64,000 nt of DNA, from NCBI RefSeq assembly GCF_009834535.1, contig NC_045696.1, positions 31,622,001 to 31,686,000 on the forward strand, written 5' to 3'. This document shows, in pieces, positions 1-13,790 of this stretch. The position numbers were made by a program, and so were the translations under genes. Each line of letters starts with the position of its first letter. Position 1 is the first letter of the stretch. Under the pieces are notes generated by a model. That model worked only from the letters and a program-made list of their open reading frames with translations. It did no database searches and was not told where the DNA came from. This DNA comes from Camelus ferus (Eukaryota).

Positions 1-405
1 TACTGTGAACTGGGTATAGAAATCAACAAAGGATGATGAGGCACACAGGCTCTAGCAATTGCAGAAAATCATTACTTCTGTCACATTGAAGGACCAGAGA
101 GATGAAGGGGTGTTAAGTAGAGCTCAGTGAGAGCTGATGTATCAGAAGGAAGACTACTTGATAGAAGCCACAGTTGAAGACTGTTTTAGGCCCTGTAAAA
201 CCTAAACTAGAAGTGAGTGAGTAAATAAACAGTCTGACTTTGTTCTTCTCCTACTATCTAATCTGCCATTTCTGCTCTTTGGCCAAATCTAACTCGAAGC
301 CAGAAGGCAAGGGCACCCAATTGATGCAGTCCATAATAGTCCAATCTCCCAAGACATAGAAGAGGGCAGAGGAAGGCAAGAAGGTTAACTAGACATTTTT
401 CAGTC
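1..405 (-). mobile_element. LTR33-like ERVL LTR fragment
   Basis: ttggccaaatctaactcgaagccagaaggcaagggcacccaattgatgcagtccata matches the reverse complement of the remembered LTR33 core (ggactgcatca..cccttgccctctggcttc..gtttggccaa). Confidence 0.65.
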
Positions 406-503
406 CACCATCATTATGTACTGTGATGCAAAATCATCCTGATAAGGCCAACTAGGAAAAGCAGTGGGATCATATAGTATTGATGCTCTTGTGTACAAAA
501 GTA

Positions 504-655
504 CAGTCATCCCTGATGACTGTGGGGGATTGGTTCCAGGACCCCTGCAGGTACCAAAATCTGCTGACGCTCAAGTCCCTTATATAAAATGGTGTAGCAC
601 AGAAGGCCCTTTGTTATCTGTGAATGCAGAACTCACTGATATAGAGAGCCAACTC
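504..655 (+). mobile_element. MER2-like TcMar-Tigger MITE, internally deleted
   Basis: cagtcatccct...gggggattggttccaggacccctgcaggtaccaaaatctgctgacgctcaagtcccttatataaaatgg is the MER2 5' arm. TA flanks at 502-503 and 656-657. Explains ORF 464..772. Confidence 0.85.
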
Positions 656-1914
656 TATATGGGTTCAATAGATGTTCAGTTCTCATTAACACATTTCTTT
701 TCAGCACATTTCAGAAGGAGAAGATTTTATGTGAAGGACCAAATGATAAGAAACAGCTCTTACTCTCCCTAGAATAGAACAATTTTGAAGGAAGGTTTGA
801 GAGGGAAGAGCTGAATGTAGTTCCTATGTTAATGTGTTAACCTGTAGCCATATTTCATTAAATGCTGGTATTGCTCTTTTCCCTGATTGCTAGGGGGAAC
901 CAACTAGGCTAGAGCTTTGCATTAGCCTGTGGTTCAGTTGCGTTTTAAGCCTTCAAACATTTTATGAATTATTGTTCCTGTTAGTTATTGATGGCTGTGT
1001 CTGGAAGACAACTTTTACTCTTCCCATGAGCCTGATATTTGGTTATCTGCTGCTTGTTCATTGCTGTAAGAGTATACAGGTTATCACTCAGCTCTTCACT
1101 GCAGAGCAGGCTGCATTATGTCTATAATATTACCCTCTCTAGATTTCTTTAAAAAACAACTAAATTATTTCTACTATTACATAGAATTTAAAATAATTAC
1201 TACATTAGATATCAGCTTCATCACTTAAACGAAAATAATTTTATTTTATCTCATCACGTTGATTAGTTGATTGAGAGTGAGAGCTCAAAACCTCCACAAG
1301 TCTTCCAAAATTCAAGCAAAGTACAGTCAGCCATGAAAAATCTGTATTTATCCAGAATATGCTTATAGCAAGATATACTTGCCATCTATTCTGCAGTTTC
1401 AGCATTTCCAATTAAGGAAGTTTTTCCAAATCTTTTCTTTCTTCCTCACTGCCAAGGCCATTTCCTCTCAGTTTCCTTCTCTTTAAAACTTCCTCCCATT
1501 CACTTTCCTGTTTCTCTCTATTCTCATTTGCTTGCTTCATGCATAACCCACCCACCCTTCCTTCCTTCCTTCTTTTTTCCTGTGATCTTAGTGTTTCATC
1601 TTCCTTCTTTCATCTTGTTTTTCTCCTTACTTTCCAGATTTATAGAACAGTATTTTACGTAATATTCAAGAATAACAAAATAGAAAGGCACAACAAATAT
1701 TTGTAAGAATTAAAACAAAAGGAAATAAGAGCAATAACATTATGAAGCCCCAAAGACATCCAATTGGTGCTCTATATTTACTGGATATGTAACAAGTATT
1801 TGACCTTAAGCCTCCTAGTATTCAAGGAAGAAAATAAGTTATTTATAAGACCCATAGGGTCTATGATGTAAAATAAAAAGCCACCTGAGATCTAAAAGGA
1901 CAGCTCATTAACAT

Positions 1915-2100
1915 ATTCATTCTTCCTACAAATGTATATTTAGTACTCATAACGTGCCAGGAAATTGGTCTTGGTTCCTGGATGTAGAATTTGGCATAAT
2001 AAACAAAACTGATGGCTTCATAAAGGTTACATTTTAGAAGGGCAGAAAAATAATAAATGCTATAAATATAAAGTATGCTGCATTATGAGATACAGATGAA
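1915..2100 (-). mobile_element. L2 3'-end fragment
   Basis: attcattc...tatttagtactcataacgtgccagg...aaacaaaac...ggttacattttag resembles the reverse-complemented L2 3' tail. Confidence 0.55.
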
Positions 2101-5100
2101 AATATAAAACATGAAAATAATCATTTGCCTTAAGAGTACAATATGGTTTCTCTAGGGAATTCATGGACAGCATGTTCTTCAAGCATTTCTGCAAAATATT
2201 TTTTCAAAGAGTTTATTGATAACAACTGAACTTTAGCTTCTCAATGCCAATGTTACTCATTGCTAATTAAGAACAGCTTTTCCAAACAGAAATTCTGGAG
2301 ATGTGGTTTGAATTTTCTTAGGAAAAGTTAAGAACTTTAACCAAAATCAAGCCCTATAGTTAATGGCTACCCAAGTTTTTTTTTGTTTTGTTTTGTTTTT
2401 TAACATAAATGTATTTGTGTTCTGGAGATTTATCTGATTTTTATCTAAATTTTACAAAATTTAATAGATTTAATAGCTGTTAATTCTTTTTCTAGCAAAT
2501 TTTTAAGTTTCCTTATTTACATGCTTTCACAAAGACAAAGAATCAACAAATACACTCAAAGGAAAATGTGTTGAGGTCTTTCTGAGTCATTCAATGAAAC
2601 AAAGTTGTCACAGGTTTCAGGTAGAGCGCTTTTTTTCAGACAGTGAAGCCAATTTTTTTTTCTTTCAGTTTTCTACTCTAAAAATATAAATTGACCCATG
2701 TTATTAAAAACTTGTAAATTAAAAATATTTTTAAAAGGGTGTAATTTCTGGCAGTTAAATGATATAGTTAGAAAAAATGCACATGAGGCTCTTTGTGCCA
2801 GCCACTTGTGACTGAAGAGGAAACAGTAGTCAGAAAACACACATCCTTTTGTCTCATGCTTTTTAATTTTGTGGTAGGGGTGGTGACATTTTTCTTTATT
2901 CTTCAATTTAGGGCTGGGGTTTGAGGATCATATTATCACTTTATCAAACTTTCAAAATCAGACACATAATTATGAATACTGAATTGTATAAGTAGGTTCA
3001 TGGGGCAAGGGGAAACAGCCTCTCTGACTTCTTCCCTGGCTCTCTTCCAACATAGAGCCCATATACAGCTCTATTAGGCTGTCGTTTCTACCTACACACC
3101 TTCAGGTTCTAGTGAAAGTACATCAAAAAATACAGGCATTAATATACAGAAAAGTTACTTTGTATTCCCATTAGTCTTATTATGTTGTGAACTGCCTGAT
3201 TTCATATATGTGACAATGTAGACACATTGGCTCTGCTGGAAACCCTCACTAGAAGAAGTCAGTTGACATGGAGTTTCAGGAAAAAGGCAACAAGAATTAC
3301 AGGATGTGAGACAAAGGCAGAGCACAGCATTCGCCACTCTTCTTGTACTGATAGTAGAAATTATTCACCCTGGGCATTGAGTTTAATTGCTGCAAAAAGC
3401 ACCAGAATGCTGCACTTTCATCCCCATTGTAGGTCAATGACCATATCTGCATGGTAGAAATTATTAGGAACCAGGCCTGTCCCCAGGAAAGTATCCATGA
3501 TGCTGTTCACAGACCATTAACAGCTGAGTTCACCCATGACCAGCAAAGGCTGTGCAGAAATGCTCTCTCCTTGGTGGACAATGCCATTTTCTTCAGATAT
3601 GTTTCTTACATACCTGTGCAAGTCCTATAGATTTTTATGAAACTCATAATAAACCTAAAATATTCATGATCAAGCACGTTAAGGGATTATATTTCCTTGT
3701 TTTTTGGTTTTTGTTTTTAATGAAGCTATTTCACAACCCTTAATTTTTCCTTTTTTTAAACCTTTTTTTTTTTTTTTTTTTAAATAAAATCACTGAATAG
3801 AAGCATTTAAAGAATTCGATGCAGGAATGACCTGCCTTTTAGTAAGGAAATTTTTCCTGAAAAGGTAAGCCTAAAATCCACAGTATAAGAATCCTTAGAT
3901 AGATCAAAAATAAGCATATTTAGTCTCCTGAGAAAAAATACTGATCAGTACATAATATTCAGAATGTAGCACACTGGTTTATAAAATATACTTTCCAAAT
4001 TGGTCCTTTGCAAAGGAATCTGACATGTAGTGCACACTATCTGTGTACTGCAGTATCAAATTAATATTTGGGATAAAAATTTGTTCAGAATGAATGTTGC
4101 CACTTTAACTAAAGTTTTGGTTGCCACTTTAACCAAACTAGAAACAGAAATGAAAAGTAAGATGACAGTTACCTGGAAAAACAAAAAGACTTGGGGGGAA
4201 GGTAGAGGGTGTGAGAGATAAATGAAATTTGACAATGATGAAGCTGGAATTAACTTTCAGAGATCAGCTGGTTTATGTCCTGCCTCAGGAAAGGGATTAA
4301 GTGTACTACATCACAAACAAAACAATGTCTTGTTTCAGGCACTGCTTCGCCTTGAGAAGTCATTGCCATTCACAGCTCTGACTTGAGTCTTCACTTACTT
4401 TATTGGAAATCTTCCAATTGAGCCAATTGTTATTCCTATTTATTGCTGGACTTCTTTGAAAAAAGCCATAATTTTTAAGTGTGACAAGATATCATTAATG
4501 TGCATGTTTTACTTGCTCTGTATCAGATTATGGTTCAGAGTTCATGATACTGAGTACACTTAAAGATATTTTATCCAAATTATCAAACCCAAGGGACCTG
4601 AATTCATGGTTATCCTGATTGTATAAAACAGCTATAATGCTCCTTTTGTTGTCATCACTGGACAGGGCATTGAGATGACATTCTTCCAGTCCTCTGCATT
4701 CTCTGGTCTTATTCATACTTCTCTCAGGCTGCACTGTTTAGCCACTCTCCAGAGCCCCCTTGATAGTTAAGAAAAGCTTTCTTAGATGATACCATGGGTA
4801 TAATATATTTTTTTTTTCACTGAATGGAATGAGAATTATGAAATGGTGAAATAGCTGTAACTGGAAAATCCCATAACATGATTATTGTGGAGGGTGTACA
4901 GCACATTGGTTCCTAAAACACCTTATTTGCAGATTCAAGAATCATGAGACCATGTAATATATCCTCATATATAATAAGAAGAATTGATATTAGCTCTTAT
5001 ATCCCTTGAATTTAGGACCTACATGCTCTAAGGGTAAAATACATTCAGAGCATGCACCCCATTCTGTAGAAAGTACCCCAAATTCAAAGTGTGTTGTCTC

Positions 5101-5475
5101 TCAGGTGACACTGTATTTAAGACTCCAAGAAGCAATGTTAAGGAACAAAATAAAAGTAAAGAAGATCCTGAAGGAACTCACAATAGTGATACTAGCAGAA
5201 ACTAGGCAGATGGGGAAATAAAATCAAAATCAAAACTGTCTTTTCAGTGATGTGTAGCCAACCTGACTTTAGGTGGCTGGTCAGTTCCCAGAAGACATGG
5301 TCCTCTATCAAGGGGACATGAAAGCTGATGCTGGCATGTTAGATCCTCAGTCATGGCAACAGCCAGAACTGATCTAGTGAAAAAAAATGTTTTGTATGTA
5401 TTTAAATCTTTGATCCCTAAATCCATGACTACTTCGGAGCAAGATCTTATGCTTCTAATGAAAGAGATGGTAAAG

Positions 5476-5840
5476 TCTATGGTTTGAATGTTTGTGTCCT
5501 CCTCCTCTCAACATTCGCATGTTGAAATTCTAACGTTCAATGTGATAGATTGGGAGGTGGGGACTTTGGCAAGTGCTTAGGGCAAGAAGGAGAAGCCCTC
5601 ACAGATGGGATTAGTGCTTTTATAAAAGAGACCCATAGAGATCCTAGCCCCCTCCACCAACTGAGGACACACCAAGAAGTTAACTGTCTACAACCTGGAA
5701 GAGAGCCTTCACCAGAACCCAACTCTGCTGGCATCCTGATCTCGGACTTTGCCTCAGGAACTGTATGAAATAAATTTCTGTTGTTTATAAGCTATCCAGT
5801 CTGTGATACTTTGTTACAGCAACCGGAGTGGACTAAAACA
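5476..5840 (+). mobile_element. MLT1A-type MaLR solo LTR
   Basis: Starts ctatggtttgaatgtttgtgtcc, contains gggattagtgcttttataaaagag and ccagaacccaactctgctggcatcctgatctcggactt, and ends aaataaatttctgttgtttataagc...gactaaaaca. Explains ORFs 5537..5734 and 5550..5768. Confidence 0.9.
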
Positions 5841-7478
5841 ATGGGTATTCACAGAGTGAGTCTTTTTCCTTCATGTAGATATTAAGTGTTCTTCCACAAA
5901 GGCAGCTTCTTATGATACTCAGAATACAGAATGATTTTGAGTGGCCCATCCACTCATTCTCAGACCTTCTCTATTTCTTTTTATTCTTCAAGTACTAGGA
6001 GCTTCACCATCAGCTATCTCACTTAGACAAATGCTATCTTATGACATGATGAGCTGGTTACTGTCAGACTAGAAGTTATAATATAAGCCAGATAACTGAC
6101 ATATAGAGAGAACTCTGAGGAAGAAATGTAGATATATATTTCTGGGCTTTTGTATTGAGAAGAGAGATCTTTGTCCCAATAACTATTTAGACTTTAAATT
6201 CACAAAATTAAAAGTGGAATCAAAGGAAGGTCAGCAGAAACTGAAATGACCAATGTTCATTACACCAGATTTTATCTTTTATAAGTAACTGAAAATAAAC
6301 ACTAGGCTTAGGTATGTTCTAAGATGTCCTTGGTCTATTCTAATTCAATTCATTCTCTGTAATTCTTCTTAATTGTCAACTTAAAAAAAACTTAACCTCA
6401 CTAAAAATTTTTTAATGATCAATGCCTTTATTTTTGGAGAGATGTTACACAAAAAATAACTGAGCATCTTTAGAAAGGACAAGAGAAAGCAAGTCAAATG
6501 AAATGTTCCTCAAAGAGAAAATCTCACCCTGTATCATAGAGACATTTGGCCACATGAGGCAAAATATGACTCCCAAAGCAGTAGAAATAAATACACACAC
6601 AAATTAGAAGAAACACTGCCACTTCAAATCCTTTCACTGGTTTCCCTTTACAGGTTATTATGCATAAATAGATCTTTCTACTCTTACTCACAATACTATG
6701 CACACACATAATTTACATACACACAGATCCACACATATGACACATATATGATTTATCCTATCCTTTTTCTAGTTAACAGATCTAGCACAAGCATTTTTGT
6801 AATTAATTTAATGGCTCTTTTTGAACTTAGAAGTTTAGTTAAGACGGTTAACATGGCCCTGTGTCTGGGGCTTAGCTACTACTTAGCACTAGGTTTAGTA
6901 ACAACTACAATAACCTATAATTCAGAATTATTTGACATTTAAAAACAATTACTTATATTTCCACTTAATGTAAAACTACTTAAAAAATAGCTAGAACAAA
7001 TGTAGAATAGTGAAGTGTACTTAAGTCTTACGATACAGACTTTAAAAAAATACATATCCTTACTATGTGAGTCAGGGTAGAGCAAGAGAGAGAAAGAATA
7101 AGTAGGCTTATTTTAGGCTTAACCTCACTTTTATGATAGAGCAATCATTCATTTGGCCCTAGAATAAGTGTAGGTTACTTTCTTCATTTGAAATTGAAAG
7201 ATTAAAGTCATAGATGTAGCGTATTCTTGTATTTGAAATTTAAAACAAATGTAAAGAAATGAAAAGTTTTATAGAGTGAGGTGGAAGTAGAAGACAACCA
7301 AAATACAATGTGCTCATGGCAGTCAAATAATTGTATCTAAATAGCAGCAGGCAAGACTGTATTGCTTAATTACATGTTCTTAAATATTTCACTAATACCT
7401 TAGTCACTACATATTGGAAGAGCTGATATCATAAACACATTGGATGAGTAAATTTTTATACACTGTATAAAAATAACT

Positions 7479-7481
<3 letters not shown>

Positions 7482-7529
<48 letters not shown>
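7482..7529. repeat. (AT)24 microsatellite
   Basis: Perfect AT dinucleotide run. Confidence 0.97.
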
Positions 7530-7533
<4 letters not shown>

Positions 7534-8694
7534 CAATCAGTTAAATACATTATTTAAATAGTTACTTACCTTTTCAAGTAGAAACAACAGAGTGACATTT
7601 TTTGTTATGATTGTTGTTCTAGAAATATTCTGATGGACAAGAGAAAAGTAAATTGAATCACTCACCAAACCAATCTTACTCCAAACCAATCTTACTCTAG
7701 GACAAAATTTGAAAGGAAAGAAGAAAAACAAGAGAACAGTAAATTGTTTTATATAAAAAAAAACCAAGCCATATTTGGGATTTTTGTTCAAAATAGCTGC
7801 ATATTTGGATGTGTTGTGCTTGGAGGGGGACACACCTGGTAGATGAAGAAATTTAAGAGAATAAAGAGAGATAAGAAAATGAGTCAGTATGATGACAGAG
7901 GAAGAAGGAAGATAATTTCTGTGATGTTAAAATACAGACATGTTTCTAGAATGGGAAGAATTTAAAGCTGTTTTATGTCCTGTGTTGTAATTATACTCTA
8001 CTATCCAGAAACATTCAATGTGTTTTATACATACAAGGACCTATGAAGGCATAAAGGAATGAGATGTATCCTCAACATGAAGAAGGAGGAAAGAAGAAAG
8101 AGAAGATATCCCTGGAGAGGAATTAGTAAAATCAGATTACTAGTGATTATTGGCACGGAGGAACAGGAGGATAAATGGACTAATCAGGAGAAATTTTAGT
8201 CATTCACCCCTATTGTTTTCATGCTAACAACTCTTAGAATTATGGAGGTGATATGTTGAACTGCTCAGATTATACAGAATAAAGGTTTGTGATATTCTAA
8301 CTAAAGGTAAATATGTCCTTAAAAATGGGAAATTGGGTGACATATGAGTGTATGTTTATGTATATGGATATACAGTCACTATATATTGGGATAGTTATCA
8401 TAAATACATTGGGTTTGTGGGCATGGGCACATGTAGGTTTGTGGCAATGTTTATCTCACACAAACACAGCTTTTTTATGACTAGGTTAACTACCTAATTC
8501 TCTTATTTGCGTTCAGACATACTATTTCGAATTAAAGAGATTCTTTGGGAATTGTGAGGGATAAGATGATGACAAACAACTACTGAAAAATTATTAAGTG
8601 TAGAATTATCATATACACTTTCTGATTCAGTCCTAATGGGCACCTAAATTTTCAGACTCTACCACAAAATTTAAGGGATAATTCAGGACCAATT

Positions 8695-9157
8695 ATATTA
8701 AATATTCATTGCCATAATAATACCCTATAAAAAGTCTTAATGGCATACAACAATAGCATCCATTGATCATGAATCTAGGATGGTTGAAAAGTGGGTCTGC
8801 TGATATTAACAGCACTTGCTTACATGTCTGTAGGTCAGCTGGCTGTTGGCTAGTGTACCAGACCTCAGTTGAGATGATTAGGAGATCTTGATTGCTTTAT
8901 GGGGATCACAATCTTCAGCAGTCTAGTTGGTGTATGTCCTTTTCATGGTGATAGCAGAGGGAAAAAGCATAAGCAAAAGAATGCAAATGCTTTATCAAGT
9001 CTCTGCTTGTATTATACTTTCTAGAATTCCACTGACCAAAGTAAATCATGTGACCAAGACCAGAATCAGAGTGGGAGAGCCTAACAAGTTACATGAGAAA
9101 AGGTAGATCCAGGAAGAGATGAAAAATAAAAGCCTTTAAGGAAATTAATCTATCATA
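8695..9157 (-). mobile_element. MLT1 (G/H-like) MaLR LTR
   Basis: ggtcagctggctgttggctag...cagcagtctag...ttccactgaccaaagtaaatcatgtgaccaagaccagaatcagagtggg is typical of an old MLT1 in antisense. Confidence 0.7.
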
Positions 9158-10089
9158 CCATAAAATACATATTTTTCATAATTTATTTTCTATATCCACA
9201 TCCATACCTATATATAGCCTACAAAGAAATATAAGAGCACTCAGAGGCAAAATCTGACTCCTACATCTTTTAAAAACTTACATATTTTACAATGTTAAGT
9301 ACAAGAATTGAAACATAGTAGGTATATTGTAAATGTTATTGATCTTTTTGAGAATTCAGAACATTTTGTAATATTTAGTTGAGCCTCAGAAAGTGGAGGC
9401 AGATGAAGCTGGACTTCTGATTGTTGATGCAGTGGTTCATATTTGACTACTCTGGCACCTGTTCTCATTATTAGCCATTCTAGGGCAGTGAATCTTTTTT
9501 TTAAAGTTGAATATCACCAAACTGATCTCTTGCTACATCAGCATCAAATATACTACAAAAAAAAATTAGTACAAATTTAGAAAACTTAGTTTAGCAAGTG
9601 ACTCCTCAACTCCTTTACTTTCAGGTCATGTTTTGTTCTCATTTATCCTACTAAGAACTAGACTGTTGAAAAATGAGGCAATGCTCCTTGGAAATCTACC
9701 TATGTAGGGTATCTTAATCTAAGATATTTTATAGCTTATAATGCATTCTTGTGATATACTGAAGCATGTCAGGAGGCCTGTTTTAGGGTTTTATTTTCTA
9801 CCTTATAGCAGCAAAATATGTCTTTTCAGGTTACTCAACTTTAAAAATGATACAGTCAAAAACAATTATTTAAAGTTTTCCTGAAACTGCAAGTGGTTGT
9901 TAAAATGGGAAATGAAAAGACAGAAATGGTCAATGTAAATTATGCTTTGAATATTTACCTGAGCATCTCATTATCTCCTATTAGAGCCTGAAAATATCAG
10001 AAATTGAACTGTTTTGAAAGTCTTTCTTTTCAAATGTAAAATTTAATATAATAACATTTAATGATAATTATAACTCAATTAAACTTTTA

Positions 10090-10480
10090 TTTTTTGTCTA
10101 TATGCCCAGTAAGTACCAGGATATAATAAAGGGGAAAAAAGAAAAGAAAAAAAATTAAAACCTGAAGCAATATTCTTAACCTTAGTATGATTCCACTAAC
10201 CATAAAGAAACACTAATGAATACAAAGGAGTTACTGTTGAACTTGGTAAAACTGTATTTAGGAGGTAATAAAGAATAGATCAGAACTGCTAGAACAGTTG
10301 TGGAAGATTTCATGGAAAAGCAAAATTGAGAGCAATCTTCAAAGCAGTCTGGAATTCTACAGTCACTTTATTTAGGGAGAGATAAATACATCATGTTGTG
10401 TATTGTGCAAAGAAAAATGTAGGCTTGATAAATTTGATAAAGAGAAATGAATGTTTTGGGAAAAAACAACAAACAGTAAC
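10090..10480 (-). mobile_element. Degenerate L2 fragment
   Basis: tatgcccagtaagtaccagg...ggaagatttcatggaaaag...ttgagagcaatcttcaaag resembles antisense L2 3' sequence. Confidence 0.4.
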
Positions 10481-12084
10481 ATATATTTGACTAAACATTG
10501 CATTCAGAAGTTAGAATTTTGCCATGTTGTTCCCTTTGATTTTGATGCCTTTGATCTTCCTGAACCCCAAGAACCACTCCTACTGAACCCTCAAATACAT
10601 CTCTGAGAAATCATTACTCAGACAGAAGGAATGACCATTACCTATGGTTTATTTTGCATTATACTGCTTATAAACATTTCTCATTTGATATGATAGAAAA
10701 TTACCTGGAAAAAAATAAAACTATGAATCCTGTTTTCATTTTATCTACTTCTTCCTTTCTCAGCTCTCTGAAGATTTATTTACTGAATAATCCAACCTAC
10801 ACAACTAGTTAACCAGCCATCCAATTTGCCATATTCTGGACAAAAGCAAAAAGCATATCATGGGTTTACTCTCACCACAAGACTTAGGATCCAGTACTAT
10901 TCTTGCTATTTCACACCTTAGCTCAGGATCTGGGATACCACAGCAAGAGTAGGTCTTCAGTCACTCTGAACTCTTTGGTATCATATTTTGCTACCAACCT
11001 AAGGGCACATTTCCTTCTTGCTTATTTATACTGAGATCATTCCCGTTTCCCCACTTGATGCCATTTCATTTCTATCTCAGGAATGAAGCATTATTCTCAA
11101 CTCCAGACAAAGAGTGAAACGTTCACATCCTGGAAAATCAGCCCTACTAATTTTCCCCAAGAAAGAAGCAGAGGCAAAGAGACAATGTCTTGGTCAATGT
11201 CCTTGGGTACTGCCAAAAACTTTTCTTAAACTTATATTCATTGATTGTAGCTTCAGCCAACCATAAATATATTCCTGAGTTGTCTTCCTGCATCAAGCAT
11301 TTTATATATCTAGTAAGCAGAGTGTGATTGTAACATTATCCATTGCTTCCAAGCAGTTGACTAGGACACTCCAGAAATAGTACCTTCTAGGCAAAATGTT
11401 TGAATTCTAATTTCTCATCTGTTAGGGAGCAGAGAATTAGGAGTATGGAGTATGGATTTAATTTGACAGAACATTTAGATTTTGCAGGAGATCACTCAAT
11501 AAATGGACCTTAACTATTTTTTGCCTTGCTGAAACCATTTGTCATCATTCTCAGTTGTGGAGATATATTTCCTATTTACATAGTGATTGCTGAATTTCAT
11601 GTTCTTTTAACCATTCCAGAGTTTCTCCTACTTGCTATATTGTATTTTTCCACCATGATTTGTGGGGGAGAAGGTGGGTCTCAGTGAAGCAGTGTTTGCA
11701 ACATCCATGATTTCATTCTCTGATATTAAACTACTATGATACTTAGTACTGTGGTACTTAGTACATAGCAGGTATTTTAAAATAATTAATTATGTTAGTT
11801 CTAGATGTCAAAAATAAGATTCATATTTTAAAATCCTCAGGTAAAATAAGTGAACATCCCCATTACTCCTGTTGTAGCTAAGACCAAGAGACTATCACTT
11901 GAATTTATATATTGAAAGGAGGTAGACTAGAAGGCTTTTATAGGCTTTTATGTTATTAAATTCTTTAATTTCAGTTAAATGTTGTTGATTTACATTAGCT
12001 CAGGAAATGTAGTGTTAAGTACACTTGTATTTATGTAACTCGTGTAATAGCATTCTTTGTATGGCTACAATATTTATGCAATAC

Positions 12085-12300
12085 TTTCACTTGTTTTATC
12101 TCCATTTGATTTGATTCTCCCACATATACTGTAGTTTGTGTACAGAACATATGGGTACCCTTCTGTCCTACTGATGAGGAAACAAAGGCTCAGACATGTT
12201 AAGTAACATGGTCAAGACTAAACAGTAACCTTTTATTAAAACGGTTTTGTAAACTATATGTGCTAATGAAATAGAGCTAGAACTCTAATCCAGCTTCTGG
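12085..12300 (-). mobile_element. MIR SINE fragment
   Basis: gatgaggaaacaaaggctcagacatgttaagtaacatggtcaag is the antisense MIR core. Confidence 0.7.
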
Positions 12301-13639
12301 ATATAGGCTTCTCTATTACAAAGTCTTAAGTGAATTATTCTGTGTAATCACATATTCTGCAGAAATTAAACTCTCCTGATAACTGATTTAACCATTGCCA
12401 GGTCTCTTTTGAGTTTTAAAAATGTACCTAGATATTGAAGTTAACAGGGCTCAATCCAAATAACACAGCTTAAGAAGTTTATCCTGAAAGCATATAAGTT
12501 AGTGTATTTTTTTTATTAGAGATTCACTAATTTCACCTTCTTCTGATTTCTCCATTGGCTTCTCACTAGCTTCTTCTTTTCCCCTAAAATAATTAAAATT
12601 TAGAAACCTCAATTTCTAAGAGTTCTGTTGCTCTCATTTATGAAAAGTAGCTTGTACAGATGCAGAACAAATTTTCTAATTATTATACCTCATAATATCT
12701 TCACTGTAGTCTTTCATTATAAAAAAAATGACACCACTGACAGTGATTACACATCTCCATTCCATCTCAAACTACACTGTAGACATCTTTGACGAATAAC
12801 TAGTACAACAATATTTGCACTTTCTTCAATCATCAGGCATTGCCAAATACTTTACATCTCATCAAATGTTATACAGAGCAATGTGTATCTTTGAAAATGG
12901 ACATCAGTCACCAAATTACGCTAAAATTGTAAAATATACAGAGAAGCAACAGGATGCCAGCTGCTGGTCATGTACAGAAACGGAGATTTGAGTAATTACA
13001 TATTATCTCTGATCAAAAAAAAATGCTAGTTAATCAAAACTTTGCATTTGATGACACACATAAAATAAATCTAGTCAGGAAACGAGCTTCAAATAGTAAA
13101 ACTTTCTACATCTAGGCATACGGTACATTAGAAGGGTAACCTAACACCATGATATCAGTTCAAAATTATCAAAGACATTACAAAAGAAAATTTGTCTAGA
13201 GGTAATTAAGCATAATTATCAAATTTGAGTAATATAAAAACAATAGTAATAACTATTGCTATTATCAGTGTGAAGAGATTTTTATAAATACTACATAATC
13301 TTTGTGATAACATGCAAAGTTGAAGAGCATAATGCAGTTTGCAGTAATGGTAGTATAAATTTCTTCACAAATTCAATAGCTATATTGAATCAGTTTGTGT
13401 ATTAAAAAGGGAATCATTTGAAAAATTTTAATATGAGAAATCCTATTATAAACATATCTGAACACTTCCCTATCTGTAGATGATAGCTGCCATCTGGGAA
13501 ATGATAAAAACAAAATTTTACATTTTGGAAAGTGGTATATGTCTCAGAAGATATTGATCCAACTATTTCCACATTGATATAAACAAATGTAATAGGCTTT
13601 CTTATTGTCTTCGATATCTGAGGCTCCTCTCTCCCGTAC

Positions 13640-13790
13640 ATGGACTATATATAACTTTGGGCATGTTAACCTGTCTGAGCCTGAGTACTGCCCTGAAATA
13701 TATGGGTAGTAACTATCTTCACATAGAAGTAGATGTGAATATTACATAATACACGGAAAAAGCATTTACAGAGCTCTAAGCCACTACACA
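13640..13790 (+). mobile_element. MIR SINE fragment
   Basis: actttgggcatgttaacctgtctgagcctgagt...atgggtagtaactatcttcacatag...gtgaatatta resembles the MIR core. Confidence 0.6.

Noticed and set aside
464..772. 102-aa ORF
   Set aside because: GTG start, mostly read through a MER2 transposon; no protein resemblance.
4528..4734. 68-aa minus-strand ORF with protein-like composition
   Set aside because: No recognisable homology or clear splice boundaries; length is within chance expectation.
12171..12184. CTGATGAG-GAAAC hammerhead-ribozyme-like core
   Set aside because: It is the MIR core (cagatgaggaaac) with one substitution; no stem II or flanking helices.
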